Assembly (NCBI GenBank): GCA_963682005.1
Contig: OY820914.1
Location: 3,908,145 to 3,972,144, forward strand
From: Bacteroidales bacterium
GTDB taxonomy: Bacteria > Bacteroidota > Bacteroidia > Bacteroidales > FEN-979
DNA: 64,000 nt
Reading direction: 5' to 3'
The stretch's first letter is position 1, and each line of letters starts with the position of its first letter. The notes beneath the pieces were generated by a model. It was not told the DNA's origin, did no database searches, and saw only the letters and a program-made list of their open reading frames with translations. This document shows, piece after piece, positions 34,958 to 43,446 of the stretch. A program made the position numbers and the translations under genes.

Positions 34958-36259
34958 TTACTTTTTTAATGGACTTTTAAACTGCCTGTAAATCGCTGTG
35001 ATGATGACGGTCACAAGGAAGAATAAAAGGAGTTTGAATATTTCCGGAAATATATTGACAATGCTTCCACCGCGGAGGAATATGCTATAATAGCCGTTTA
35101 TAGCCCAGTTCAGGGGGCTTAATGTAGCTACATGCCTCATAAACTCAGGCATCAGGTAGATCGGAACCCACAATCCGCCCATGGCAGCCAGAATTATGAT
35201 CGACACCGAACCGAAGGCCGCCGCCTGCTGGTGGGTACTTGCCACAGTTCCGACGAGCATTCCGTAACCCAGAGCGGCAAGAGCGGTAACAATGGAAACA
35301 ATGGTCAGCGAGAAAAGCTGGCCGCCGATATCCAGCATGGGGATATGGAACAGCGGGAGGATGAAGATACCGGAAAGAATCATCAGTGCAGACTGGATCA
35401 TGCACACGATAAAGTACACTCCCGCTTTGGCAAGCAGAAGATTCATATAGGATACGGGCATAACCAGCAACCGGAAAAGGCTGCCTTCCTCGCGTTCTTT
35501 GATCATGCTGCTCGTAAGCGGAATGACAATAAAAAACATGGCAAAGATGGTCCATGCCGGAACGTTGTGCTGAACCGTATTCGGGGCTTCAGAGATTTCC
35601 TGGTACCTAGGATAGACCTCTTTAAAGGCGAGGGCGTCCTTATACTCCAGAACCGGGGGTTTGAACGTTGGGAACTGGTTCGCAATCTCCTGGTTAAAGC
35701 TTTTAAAGATCATTTCAGTTTCAACCTTATAATGATATTCACGAATAGAACTGATCACTGCATTCTTGAAAGAGGAACGGATGGCCGGATCAAAATAGAA
35801 GGTAATGGAATCAGCTTGTTTTAATGGAATATCCTTGAGCAGCCCTGCATTGAACAACCCGAAGCCGGCCAGAGTTTTTGCAACCATGAGTCTTACATTT
35901 GACCGGATCGTTTGTGTCACACCCGCAGGAATAACGATACCGATCACAAACTGACCGCGTTTGACGGCTTCCCTGACCGATTCTTCTGTAGCAGGTTTTG
36001 ATTCAATACTATCATAAATGGTAAAGAAATTAGAGTCGCGAAGGCCGTTCCTGATTTTTAGTCCAAGACTGTCGTTGTCTGTATTAACAAATACTATCGG
36101 CACCTTTGATTCATGAACAAGCGAATTCCATCCGTTTTCCTGGAGCAGCGACATGAGTACGACCAGGAACATCGGCATGGCAAATAAAACGATCATCCCT
36201 GCCCGGTCGCGCAACAGCAACAACCATTCTTTTTTTACTGCTGAGAAATATTTGAACAT
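34958..36259 (-). CDS. ABC-2 type transporter permease
   Basis: 433 aa. It has an N-terminal TM helix, a large extracytoplasmic loop and a C-terminal bundle of ~5 TM helices, which is the typical ABC-2 layout. Its cognate ATPase lies upstream. Confidence 0.7.
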   Translation of the reverse strand: MFKYFSAVKKEWLLLLRDRAGMIVLFAMPMFLVVLMSLLQENGWNSLVHESKVPIVFVNTDNDSLGLKIRNGLRDSNFFTIYDSIESKPATEESVREAVKRGQFVIGIVIPAGVTQTIRSNVRLMVAKTLAGFGLFNAGLLKDIPLKQADSITFYFDPAIRSSFKNAVISSIREYHYKVETEMIFKSFNQEIANQFPTFKPPVLEYKDALAFKEVYPRYQEISEAPNTVQHNVPAWTIFAMFFIVIPLTSSMIKEREEGSLFRLLVMPVSYMNLLLAKAGVYFIVCMIQSALMILSGIFILPLFHIPMLDIGGQLFSLTIVSIVTALAALGYGMLVGTVASTHQQAAAFGSVSIIILAAMGGLWVPIYLMPEFMRHVATLSPLNWAINGYYSIFLRGGSIVNIFPEIFKLLLFFLVTVIITAIYRQFKSPLKK

Positions 36260-36319
36260 TTATCCGGAGTATATTTTCAACGTTTATTTTTTACTTCAGG
36301 TTCTGGCTTTCCGTTAACC

Positions 36320-36380
36320 GTCATTCCCGCGAAAGCGGGAACAGGCTGCAGGCTGCAGGCTACAGGCTACAGGCTACAGG
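36320..36380. repeat. composite element: 23-nt hairpin GTCATTCCCGCGAAAGCGGGAAC followed by CAGGCTR x ~5.5
   Basis: Direct reading. An identical 23-mer occurs at 47228-47250 next to a second CAGGCTR array. Confidence 0.9.
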
Positions 36381-36422
36381 ATTGTATGTTCATAATTTTG
36401 GTTAGGAATCATTTCCATTAAA

Positions 36423-36453
36423 ATTCGCAATTCGTAATTCGTCATTCGTAATT
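36423..36453. repeat. tandem heptamer array ATTCGTA x ~4.4 (reverse complement of the AATTACG family)
   Basis: Reads attcgcaattcgtaattcgtcattcgtaatt, ending 3 nt from the ABC ATPase stop codon. Confidence 0.9.
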
Positions 36454-36456
36454 AAT

Positions 36457-37209
36457 TTAATCTCTCAGTTCTTTTCCCGTCAAATGAAGGAACAGGTTTT
36501 CAAGATTCTTGAACTCAGGCCGTTCTGCAACAAGTTCTTTTGGATTACCAATGGAAATGATCGTTCCCCGGTCGATGATCGCAACCCGTGAACACAGGTT
36601 TTCTGCTTCTTCCATATAATGGGATGTATAGATGATCGTTGTTCCCACTTTGTTGATCTCGTGAAGAAAATTGAGGATCACGATCCTTGACTGGACATCA
36701 ATGCCCACGGTCGGTTCATCGAGGAAAAGCACTTTGGGGTCATGGAGCAACCCTGCGATCAGGTTGACTCTCCGTTTCATTCCCCCCGAAAAAGTTCCCA
36801 CCTTTTTATTGGCATAGCGCTCAAGACCAAAGGTTCTGAGCCTTTCCATGATCTTATCGCGCAGGGACTTTCCGCGGAGATTGTACATGTTCCCGAAGAA
36901 CGTAAGGTTCTCCATTGCAGTCAGGGAAGGGTAGAGCGCAACATCCTGCGGAACTGTCCCGATAATCTTCTTGATCGAGTGAAGATCTGCCCTGATATCC
37001 AGGCCATCGATGGTTACAGACCCTTCGCCTGGTGGAAATAAACCGCACAGGATGGAAATGGTGGTGGTTTTTCCGGCTCCGTTGGGGCCCAGAAGTCCGA
37101 AAATCTCGTTTGGGAAAATATCAAGCGAAATAGATCTTAAAGCGGGTTCATCGGCACCCTGGTATGTTTTTGAAAGATCCTTGATCCGGATAAGGGGTGA
37201 ATTCTCCAT
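36457..37209 (-). CDS. ABC transporter ATP-binding protein
   Basis: Walker A (GLLGPNGAGKTTT), ABC signature (FSGGMKRRV) and Walker B (LFLDEPT). Confidence 0.9.
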   Translation of the reverse strand: MENSPLIRIKDLSKTYQGADEPALRSISLDIFPNEIFGLLGPNGAGKTTTISILCGLFPPGEGSVTIDGLDIRADLHSIKKIIGTVPQDVALYPSLTAMENLTFFGNMYNLRGKSLRDKIMERLRTFGLERYANKKVGTFSGGMKRRVNLIAGLLHDPKVLFLDEPTVGIDVQSRIVILNFLHEINKVGTTIIYTSHYMEEAENLCSRVAIIDRGTIISIGNPKELVAERPEFKNLENLFLHLTGKELRD

Positions 37210-37211
37210 GA

Positions 37212-38228
37212 TCAGAATTGAACGGTTTTTAGTTTCTTGTAAACGGCCTCTTCCATATCGGCGATCTCAAGCATCAGATTGCCCAGTTTACCATAATCTT
37301 CCTCGGGTTTCGAGCGGTTTTTGCAATTTCTTGCTCCGACATAGGTGAATTCCCTCCATTTATTCGCTGTCTTTCCCATCATATCTGAAGCCGCAAGGAG
37401 GTCACTGCTGTTGTACTTTTCCCCGACTTCTTTCAGGAATGCACCGTAGATATAGCGAAATCCGGCTCCGCCAGTACCAAAATCCTCAGCCATCCTGATG
37501 ACCTGGCCCACATAGAATGCTGCTTTATCGTTTCCGTGCTTTTTCGGCCATTTTTTCATATCCCGGGCCATCCATCGGATTCCTTTTACACCGATCAGCG
37601 GAAAAGGTACGCCGATCATATCGTACACCGTCCTTTTAATTCCTTTTATAATGGCGGGTTTAAAGTCGACTTCTTTATTGACCTTGGTGATCCAGTACAT
37701 TTTTCCCTTCGGGGCAAACGCACCTTTAGCATAACGGACACGCAAAAGATCGTCGTAGCTTATCAACTGGGGATGTTCCATGACCGTATCGCTGACATGA
37801 TACATGTTTCCTTCCTTGCCAAATGCGACAAGGTTATGCATATTATAATGCTGACGGTATTCGGGGGGAAAAAATGTAAGCTGGAATACACCAACCTGCA
37901 TGCCTGTCGGGATCCCGTTCATGAGGTTCCTGTCAAGCATTTCCATGGCTTCCTTCGGATCTTTAAAGCTTTTCACAACCGTGGCTTCCGCCCCGAGATT
38001 GGTGGTAGAGCGCTTGAATACCATGTTCGGGAAATTCCGGAACGACATCATCGGGGCGAACATTATTTTCAGGAATGGAATATAGCTGAAAAATAACCCG
38101 TTGCCGATCCCGAATGCCATCGGTTCAGACATTTCAAGACCATGAAATTTGAAAAGGTTTGAAGTGGCCCCGCTTTCGCAATGGCCTGCCTGGCGATGCG
38201 TATAATTAATCAGATATTTATCATTCAT
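37212..38228 (-). CDS. BtrH N-terminal domain-like (papain-fold Cys/His) protein, copy 1
   Basis: 338 aa. The N-terminal HRQAGHCESGATSNL matches my memory of the BtrH_N/DUF4872 family. The blocks FFPPEYRQHYNMHN and PFPLIGVKGIRW are conserved, and it is ~55% identical by eye to the 38788-39789 product. Confidence 0.55.
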   Translation of the reverse strand: MNDKYLINYTHRQAGHCESGATSNLFKFHGLEMSEPMAFGIGNGLFFSYIPFLKIMFAPMMSFRNFPNMVFKRSTTNLGAEATVVKSFKDPKEAMEMLDRNLMNGIPTGMQVGVFQLTFFPPEYRQHYNMHNLVAFGKEGNMYHVSDTVMEHPQLISYDDLLRVRYAKGAFAPKGKMYWITKVNKEVDFKPAIIKGIKRTVYDMIGVPFPLIGVKGIRWMARDMKKWPKKHGNDKAAFYVGQVIRMAEDFGTGGAGFRYIYGAFLKEVGEKYNSSDLLAASDMMGKTANKWREFTYVGARNCKNRSKPEEDYGKLGNLMLEIADMEEAVYKKLKTVQF

Positions 38229-38243
38229 TCGTTATACATTTTA

Positions 38244-38645
38244 TTAATCTACAATTTTTAACTGGTCAACAGTAATATTAAAAGCTTCGGCATATTTCTG
38301 GAGGGTCTTCTCATTCAACCGGTTGAAGACACCAGGTTTAAAATGTCGTTTCACCCTCCAAAGTCCAATCCCGGAAATAATGGAAAGGTTCAATGGGTCC
38401 AGCAGGTTCTTTTCCATGTAATAAACGATCGGGCTGGCCGTTCCGCTCTTGACTTTTTGCCGGGCTTCTTCCGCGCGTTCCTTAAAATGGTCCCATGCCT
38501 GTTGCAGGACGACTCTGTCAGCTTCACCGTGAAAACCTACGCTTTGTTCATAATCGCCCTTTTCAGCGTATGAATAGAACAATTCACGGTACTGTCCGAA
38601 GTTTTGGTCTTTATAAACAGGGTTATCTTTGTTATCCATAGACAT
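38244..38645 (-). CDS. small conserved protein with possible C-terminal HTH, copy 1
   Basis: 133 aa. It is a paralog of the 39812-40225 product, sharing RELFYS...SP..YYMEK.L....L....G...WRVKRH.KP.VF..L. Confidence 0.5.
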   Translation of the reverse strand: MSMDNKDNPVYKDQNFGQYRELFYSYAEKGDYEQSVGFHGEADRVVLQQAWDHFKERAEEARQKVKSGTASPIVYYMEKNLLDPLNLSIISGIGLWRVKRHFKPGVFNRLNEKTLQKYAEAFNITVDQLKIVD

Positions 38646-38787
38646 TCCTATATAATTAGATTTATGATATTATTGAAATCTTTTGCGAAAGTAATGAAAA
38701 AAGTGTTAGGGTTTGCAGAAGCTTTCTGGTTCCGGAATACCAGGAAGAGCAACATTCTCCAGCTGTCATTATCATACATTGCAATAA

Positions 38788-39789
38788 TTATTTGATCTTC
38801 CCGAGCTTTTTAAAGATCACCTCTTCTTTATCAGCGCAATCAAGCAGGATATCCGCAAGAAAGTCATAGGATTCTTCAGGCTTTCCCCTTTTCTTGCAAT
38901 TCCTTGACCCAAGATACGAAAAATCACGCCACCTGTTTGCATTTTTTCCCATTTCAATGGCCATTTCTTTCAACCAGTCCTGCTGCAAAACACCCGCTGC
39001 TTCATCGAGGAATGCCCCATAGATAAAGCGAAATCCTGCGCCTGCTGTACCAACCTCTTCCTCCATGCGTAGTACCTGTCCCAGGTAATAAGAGGCTTTT
39101 TCATCTCCGTATTTTTTTTGCCAGTTCCTCATCTGCCTGGACAAATACCTGATTCCTTTCACCCCGATCAATGGGAACGGTACTTCTGTCATATTATAAG
39201 CGGTCTTTTTGATCCCTTTTATGATGGCAGTCCTGATATCCGGGTTTTCAGGAAAAGAATAAGGGAAGTACATGCGTCCTTTCGGGGCGAATGGTCCTTT
39301 TGCGAACCTGACGCGCATCAGGTCCTGGTAACTGATCGTCACCGGTTTCTCGACCACCGTATCGCTGATGTAATAATGCCCGTTCTCCTTTCCGTAAACG
39401 ACCATGTTATGCATGTTGTAATGCATCCTGTATTCTGGCGGAAAGAAAGGAAGATGGAATGTTCCCACCTGCAGTCCGACGGGAAATCCTTTTCCAAGGG
39501 TCTGGTCAAGCAGATCCATCGCCTTCTCAGGATCACGGAAATGATGGATCTGGCTCTTAACGCCTAATTGCCTTGTCGCCCTGCTGAACACCATCCCCGG
39601 CCATACCCTGAATGAGGTGACAGGGGCATGCTGCATTTTGAGGAACGGGAGATAACTGAAGAACAAACCGGCACCGATCCCAAAAACCAGTGGTTCGCTG
39701 ATGCTGATTTTATGATAGTGCAACAAGTTTGAAGTTACACCGCTTTCACAGTGCCCGGCCTGCCGGTGCTCGAAGTCCATTTTTATCAT
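38788..39789 (-). CDS. BtrH N-terminal domain-like (papain-fold Cys/His) protein, copy 2
   Basis: 333 aa with HRQAGHCESGVTSNL, FFPPEYRMHYNMHN and PFPLIGVKGIRY. Confidence 0.55.
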   Translation of the reverse strand: MIKMDFEHRQAGHCESGVTSNLLHYHKISISEPLVFGIGAGLFFSYLPFLKMQHAPVTSFRVWPGMVFSRATRQLGVKSQIHHFRDPEKAMDLLDQTLGKGFPVGLQVGTFHLPFFPPEYRMHYNMHNMVVYGKENGHYYISDTVVEKPVTISYQDLMRVRFAKGPFAPKGRMYFPYSFPENPDIRTAIIKGIKKTAYNMTEVPFPLIGVKGIRYLSRQMRNWQKKYGDEKASYYLGQVLRMEEEVGTAGAGFRFIYGAFLDEAAGVLQQDWLKEMAIEMGKNANRWRDFSYLGSRNCKKRGKPEESYDFLADILLDCADKEEVIFKKLGKIK

Positions 39790-39811
39790 TTATGCCTTTC
39801 TTTTTCCAGAG

Positions 39812-40225
39812 TTATTTTACCAAAAATCCCGGTGTTACGAGTTCTTCCGGGGTAACATCAAAGATTGATGCATAATTCAGGATCACGTTGGGCTTAAGCT
39901 TCGAAAACACCTTTGGTTTCAGGTGCCGCTTTACCCTCCATTTCATGAATCCCGAATAATCAGCCAGGGTAGGCAGTTCCATCAGGTGTTTTTCCATATA
40001 ATAGGCGAGGGGACTCAATTCGCCCTCCTTTATCTTTTGTATCACATTGTTGATCCTCTCCTCGGCAACTTCCCAGCTTTGCTTTATGATCACCTGGTTG
40101 GCGCTGTACTGGTAACCCACACGCTTTGTGTAATTCCCATTCTCATCAAACGAATAAAAAAGTTCCCTGTTGTTCCTGTAAATGAGATCTTCATCAGAAG
40201 TACCCGAGCCGTTTTGTTCCTTCAT
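39812..40225 (-). CDS. small conserved protein with possible C-terminal HTH, copy 2
   Basis: 137 aa; a paralog of the 38244-38645 product. Confidence 0.5.
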   Translation of the reverse strand: MKEQNGSGTSDEDLIYRNNRELFYSFDENGNYTKRVGYQYSANQVIIKQSWEVAEERINNVIQKIKEGELSPLAYYMEKHLMELPTLADYSGFMKWRVKRHLKPKVFSKLKPNVILNYASIFDVTPEELVTPGFLVK

Positions 40226-40239
40226 ACTTGTTTCCGGTG

Positions 40240-40680
40240 CTAATTCTTGATTAAAAATATTCTTAATTCACATTCCGCAAGGATGCGATCTTCTGAAGTA
40301 ACCTTTGCGGAAACAATGGTGGCGTCAAAAACCTCGTTTGTGACAACTGTTTCTGTCAGCAATTTGTCCCCGGATTTGGGCAGTTCATGGATCCGGAGAT
40401 TTTTGATCCCTCCGATAAAACCTAGCTGTGGCTCCCTTTTTTCCAGGTCGGCAGCATAACCTGCTCCGGCAGCTGCTGTCTGGGCCATATTCTCGATCAG
40501 CCCGGGTTCGCGTAATCTGCCTTTTTCAAAGAAAATATTGTTTTCTCTGACAGTCATGGAAGTCACCGTCAGCTTGCCTTCGACCCGTACAAGCTCATCA
40601 ATCATAACCATCGGATCCCGTTGGGGAATAAAACGGTCCATATCACTTCTTTCAGCGATTACCTTTTCAAATGATGCCAT
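40240..40680 (-). CDS. hotdog-fold dehydratase-like protein
   Basis: 146 aa with IPQRDPMVMIDELV...EPGLIENMAQTAAAG...GFIGGIKNLRI, as in the FabZ-like dehydratases of aryl-polyene clusters. Confidence 0.6.
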   Translation of the reverse strand: MASFEKVIAERSDMDRFIPQRDPMVMIDELVRVEGKLTVTSMTVRENNIFFEKGRLREPGLIENMAQTAAAGAGYAADLEKREPQLGFIGGIKNLRIHELPKSGDKLLTETVVTNEVFDATIVSAKVTSEDRILAECELRIFLIKN

Positions 40681-42026
40681 AATGATCCTTTTCTGTTTCG
40701 TTTTCGCATCCTGTTCATGGCTGTAACAACATCCTCGTCAGGGAATACCCATCTGCGACCAGTCGCATCTGCCCGTTCCTTAAGGGTTTTGTAATCAATT
40801 CCTTTGGCAAGGTAATAGGCAGGCTCAAGTAAGTCATCACCAGGAGTGATAACCCCTTCTTCCGAAGCCAGGTCAAAAAGTCTTGTCCCGGGATAGATCC
40901 TCATCCCGATGTATGGAAAAAATACCGTGTTCTCAAACTTTTTGGAGTTCTCAAATCCTTCATTGACCGAATCTTCTGTCTCACCATATCCGCCAAGGAT
41001 AAGGAAATGAGAGTAATAGATCCCAACTTTGTTGCACAGATCGGAGACTTCCAGAACTTCTTCCATGGTAAAATGCTTCCCGTAATGCTTTAACGTTGAA
41101 TCGGAAAGGGATTCCGTGCCGAATTCAATATGTGTCAGTCCAGCAGCGAAGAACAGCCGGAGTGTCTCTTCATCCAGGTCATGCGGTGAAAAATAGGCGC
41201 CCCATTTGATCTGCAGGCCTCTTGAAATCATCTTCTCTGCAAGCTCCTGGTTGAATTTCTTGTTGATGTTGAAAACCGAGTCCGTGAAAAATACATGGTC
41301 GATATTTTTCTTAAAATAGAGTTCAGCCAGCGTATCAATGATTTTATCCGGATCAAGCGTTCTCACTTTTGTTCCTTCGATCACAGGATAGGTGCAGTAA
41401 ATGCATTTATGCGGACATCCCCGTTTGGTCTGAACATTCATCATTCCGCTCTTATTCCAGTAAAAGTCGATGAGACTTTTCTCAAAGTTAAGATCAAGTT
41501 GTTTCAGGAATGTTTTTCTGGGATTCAGGATGATCTCCTGGCCGTTGCTGTAAACAAGGCCCTGAATGTGCGTATAGTCTTCCTTTCTGATCAGGCAGGT
41601 AATTAGCTTTGACAGGCTTTCCTCGCCCTCTCCATAGATTCCGAAATCGGGCTGAAGGTACCCGAACAGTTTTTTCGGAAAAATGGAGAATGCCGAACCA
41701 CCTATAATGAGCGTTGTTTGAACAGTGCTCCTGACGGTATCCATGATCTTCTTATAATCATGGATGAATATGTTCCTGGACATGGAATCCACATCATCAA
41801 TATTCCGGAAGGAGATCCCCGTAAAATCAGGGGACCATGAGGTAAGCACGTCCCTGAATGAAGCGTTGGATTCAAGATTAAAGTCAAAGATCCTGATCTC
41901 AAGATCCGGCATCGAGGAAGAAAGATAGGAGTGAAGATAGGAAATACCTAACGGGTAAACCGGGTATGGAACAGCAAATTTGTTAGCTGAGACAAGCAGA
42001 AGTTTATATTTCCTATCTGATTTCAC
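40659..42026 (-). CDS. B12-binding domain-containing radical SAM protein (rSAM-5), paralog of rSAM-3
   Basis: 455 aa with PDFTGISFRNIDD and QTKRGCPHKCIYCTYP (CxxxCxxC). Confidence 0.8.
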   Translation of the reverse strand: MKSDRKYKLLLVSANKFAVPYPVYPLGISYLHSYLSSSMPDLEIRIFDFNLESNASFRDVLTSWSPDFTGISFRNIDDVDSMSRNIFIHDYKKIMDTVRSTVQTTLIIGGSAFSIFPKKLFGYLQPDFGIYGEGEESLSKLITCLIRKEDYTHIQGLVYSNGQEIILNPRKTFLKQLDLNFEKSLIDFYWNKSGMMNVQTKRGCPHKCIYCTYPVIEGTKVRTLDPDKIIDTLAELYFKKNIDHVFFTDSVFNINKKFNQELAEKMISRGLQIKWGAYFSPHDLDEETLRLFFAAGLTHIEFGTESLSDSTLKHYGKHFTMEEVLEVSDLCNKVGIYYSHFLILGGYGETEDSVNEGFENSKKFENTVFFPYIGMRIYPGTRLFDLASEEGVITPGDDLLEPAYYLAKGIDYKTLKERADATGRRWVFPDEDVVTAMNRMRKRNRKGSLWHHLKR

Positions 42027-42934
42027 TTGGTTTGATTTTGAGTTGATGCAGGTTTCTGCCAGAAATCATAATAGTTATACCACTGAAGCGGATATTTCTT
42101 TACGATCCTTTCAAATGCTTTTGCATATTCGGTGACCGCTTCCCTCAGATATAATTCGCGTTTTTTCAGGTTCCCTGAAAACGGGACGGTCATTAACGGA
42201 GTCGCATAAAAATGATAGTGCGTCCGGGTGTCCTTAACAGCAAAAACATATGAGACCGGTACGTTGAAATGTGCAGCCATGTTAACAGGACCAACCGGGA
42301 ACGGAGCTGATTTCCCAAGGAAATCAACCATGATTGTTTTGTTCCCTTCGATGAACCTGTCGCCATGCATGGCAATGATCTCCCCCTTTTCCAATGCGTT
42401 CCTGATATCATTCAGATGAGAGAAATCTTCACGTATGATGATGAAATTGACGCTTCTCTTGACCAGTACATCTGACAGAAATCCTTTGATCTGCTGGTGC
42501 TCTGCATCAAAAAGGATGATGTTGATCCGTTTCTCAAGCCGGTTGAGCAGTTGCCCGGCGATTTCCCAGTTCCCGATATGGCCGCTGATCAGGAATCCAC
42601 CCTTGTCGATCTGCCTTAAGTATTCCTCGCCTTCAAAATCAAATGTAAACTTATTCTGAAACCCGGCGAGCATCGCGATCTTGTCAATCAGTACCTGGCC
42701 AAAGTTGAAGTAATTCCGATAAACGCTGGCAAATGAAGCAATAGGACTCCTTTTAATCATCCTCCGGTAAAACTGATATGAACTATTAAATGATTTCGGG
42801 GAAGAAACCATGAAATATGCAACTACGAAATAAAGGAGGAAATAAGCGAAAGGGATACCTGGATACCGGATTATCCAGATAAAGATTTTATATCCAATGA
42901 CACCGCCGCGGGTTTTTCCTTTCCATGAGGACAT
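42023..42934 (-). CDS. LpxL/HtrB-type lysophospholipid (lipid A late) acyltransferase family protein
   Basis: 303 aa with an N-terminal TM helix and the HxxxxE-type motif ISGHIGNWEIAG, typical of LpxL-like acyltransferases. Confidence 0.7.
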   Translation of the reverse strand: MSSWKGKTRGGVIGYKIFIWIIRYPGIPFAYFLLYFVVAYFMVSSPKSFNSSYQFYRRMIKRSPIASFASVYRNYFNFGQVLIDKIAMLAGFQNKFTFDFEGEEYLRQIDKGGFLISGHIGNWEIAGQLLNRLEKRINIILFDAEHQQIKGFLSDVLVKRSVNFIIIREDFSHLNDIRNALEKGEIIAMHGDRFIEGNKTIMVDFLGKSAPFPVGPVNMAAHFNVPVSYVFAVKDTRTHYHFYATPLMTVPFSGNLKKRELYLREAVTEYAKAFERIVKKYPLQWYNYYDFWQKPASTQNQTK

Positions 42935-42940
42935 CCTGGT

Positions 42941-43213
42941 TTAGCTTGGATAGATTTTGTGAATGATAAACTGGTGAAAATCCCCCAGGGTCCTGATCTC
43001 ACCCATCTCTTCGGCCTTCATTTTGAAACCGAAATTCTTTTCAATGATCACAAACAGGTCGACAAAATCAAGACTGTCAATCCCGAGGTCTTTTTTCAAT
43101 TCGGCAGCAGGAAGTAATTCATTTTCCTCGATCTCGATCTCGTCGATCAGGAGTTGATTGATTTTCCTGATTATTTCGTCATTTTGCATAAATGCTGTCG
43201 TTTGAATGAGCAA
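42941..43213 (-). CDS. acyl carrier protein
   Basis: Motif DLGIDSLDFVDLFV. The true start may be the internal ATG at 43189 (MQNDEIIRK). Confidence 0.75.
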   Translation of the reverse strand: MLIQTTAFMQNDEIIRKINQLLIDEIEIEENELLPAAELKKDLGIDSLDFVDLFVIIEKNFGFKMKAEEMGEIRTLGDFHQFIIHKIYPS

Positions 43214-43263
43214 AAATACTAATTTTTTTTGAGATAATACGCAGGGAAAAACACTTGCTTTCT

Positions 43264-43295
43264 AATTACGGATTACGAATTACGGATTACGAATT
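43264..43295. repeat. tandem heptamer array AATTACG/GATTACG x ~4.5
   Basis: Direct reading: aattacggattacgaattacggattacgaatt. Confidence 0.9.
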
Positions 43296-43446
43296 TACTG
43301 GAAATCAGTGCAGATAAAGGTTCCCGTTTTTACAACAGCGACCACCGGGAAGGCACAGAGATCACAGGTATCGGATGATATTATGCATTCCTTCAATTTG
43401 CATTATGAATTATGAAGTGCTGCAAAAGGGGAGGTGGAAGGAGGTT

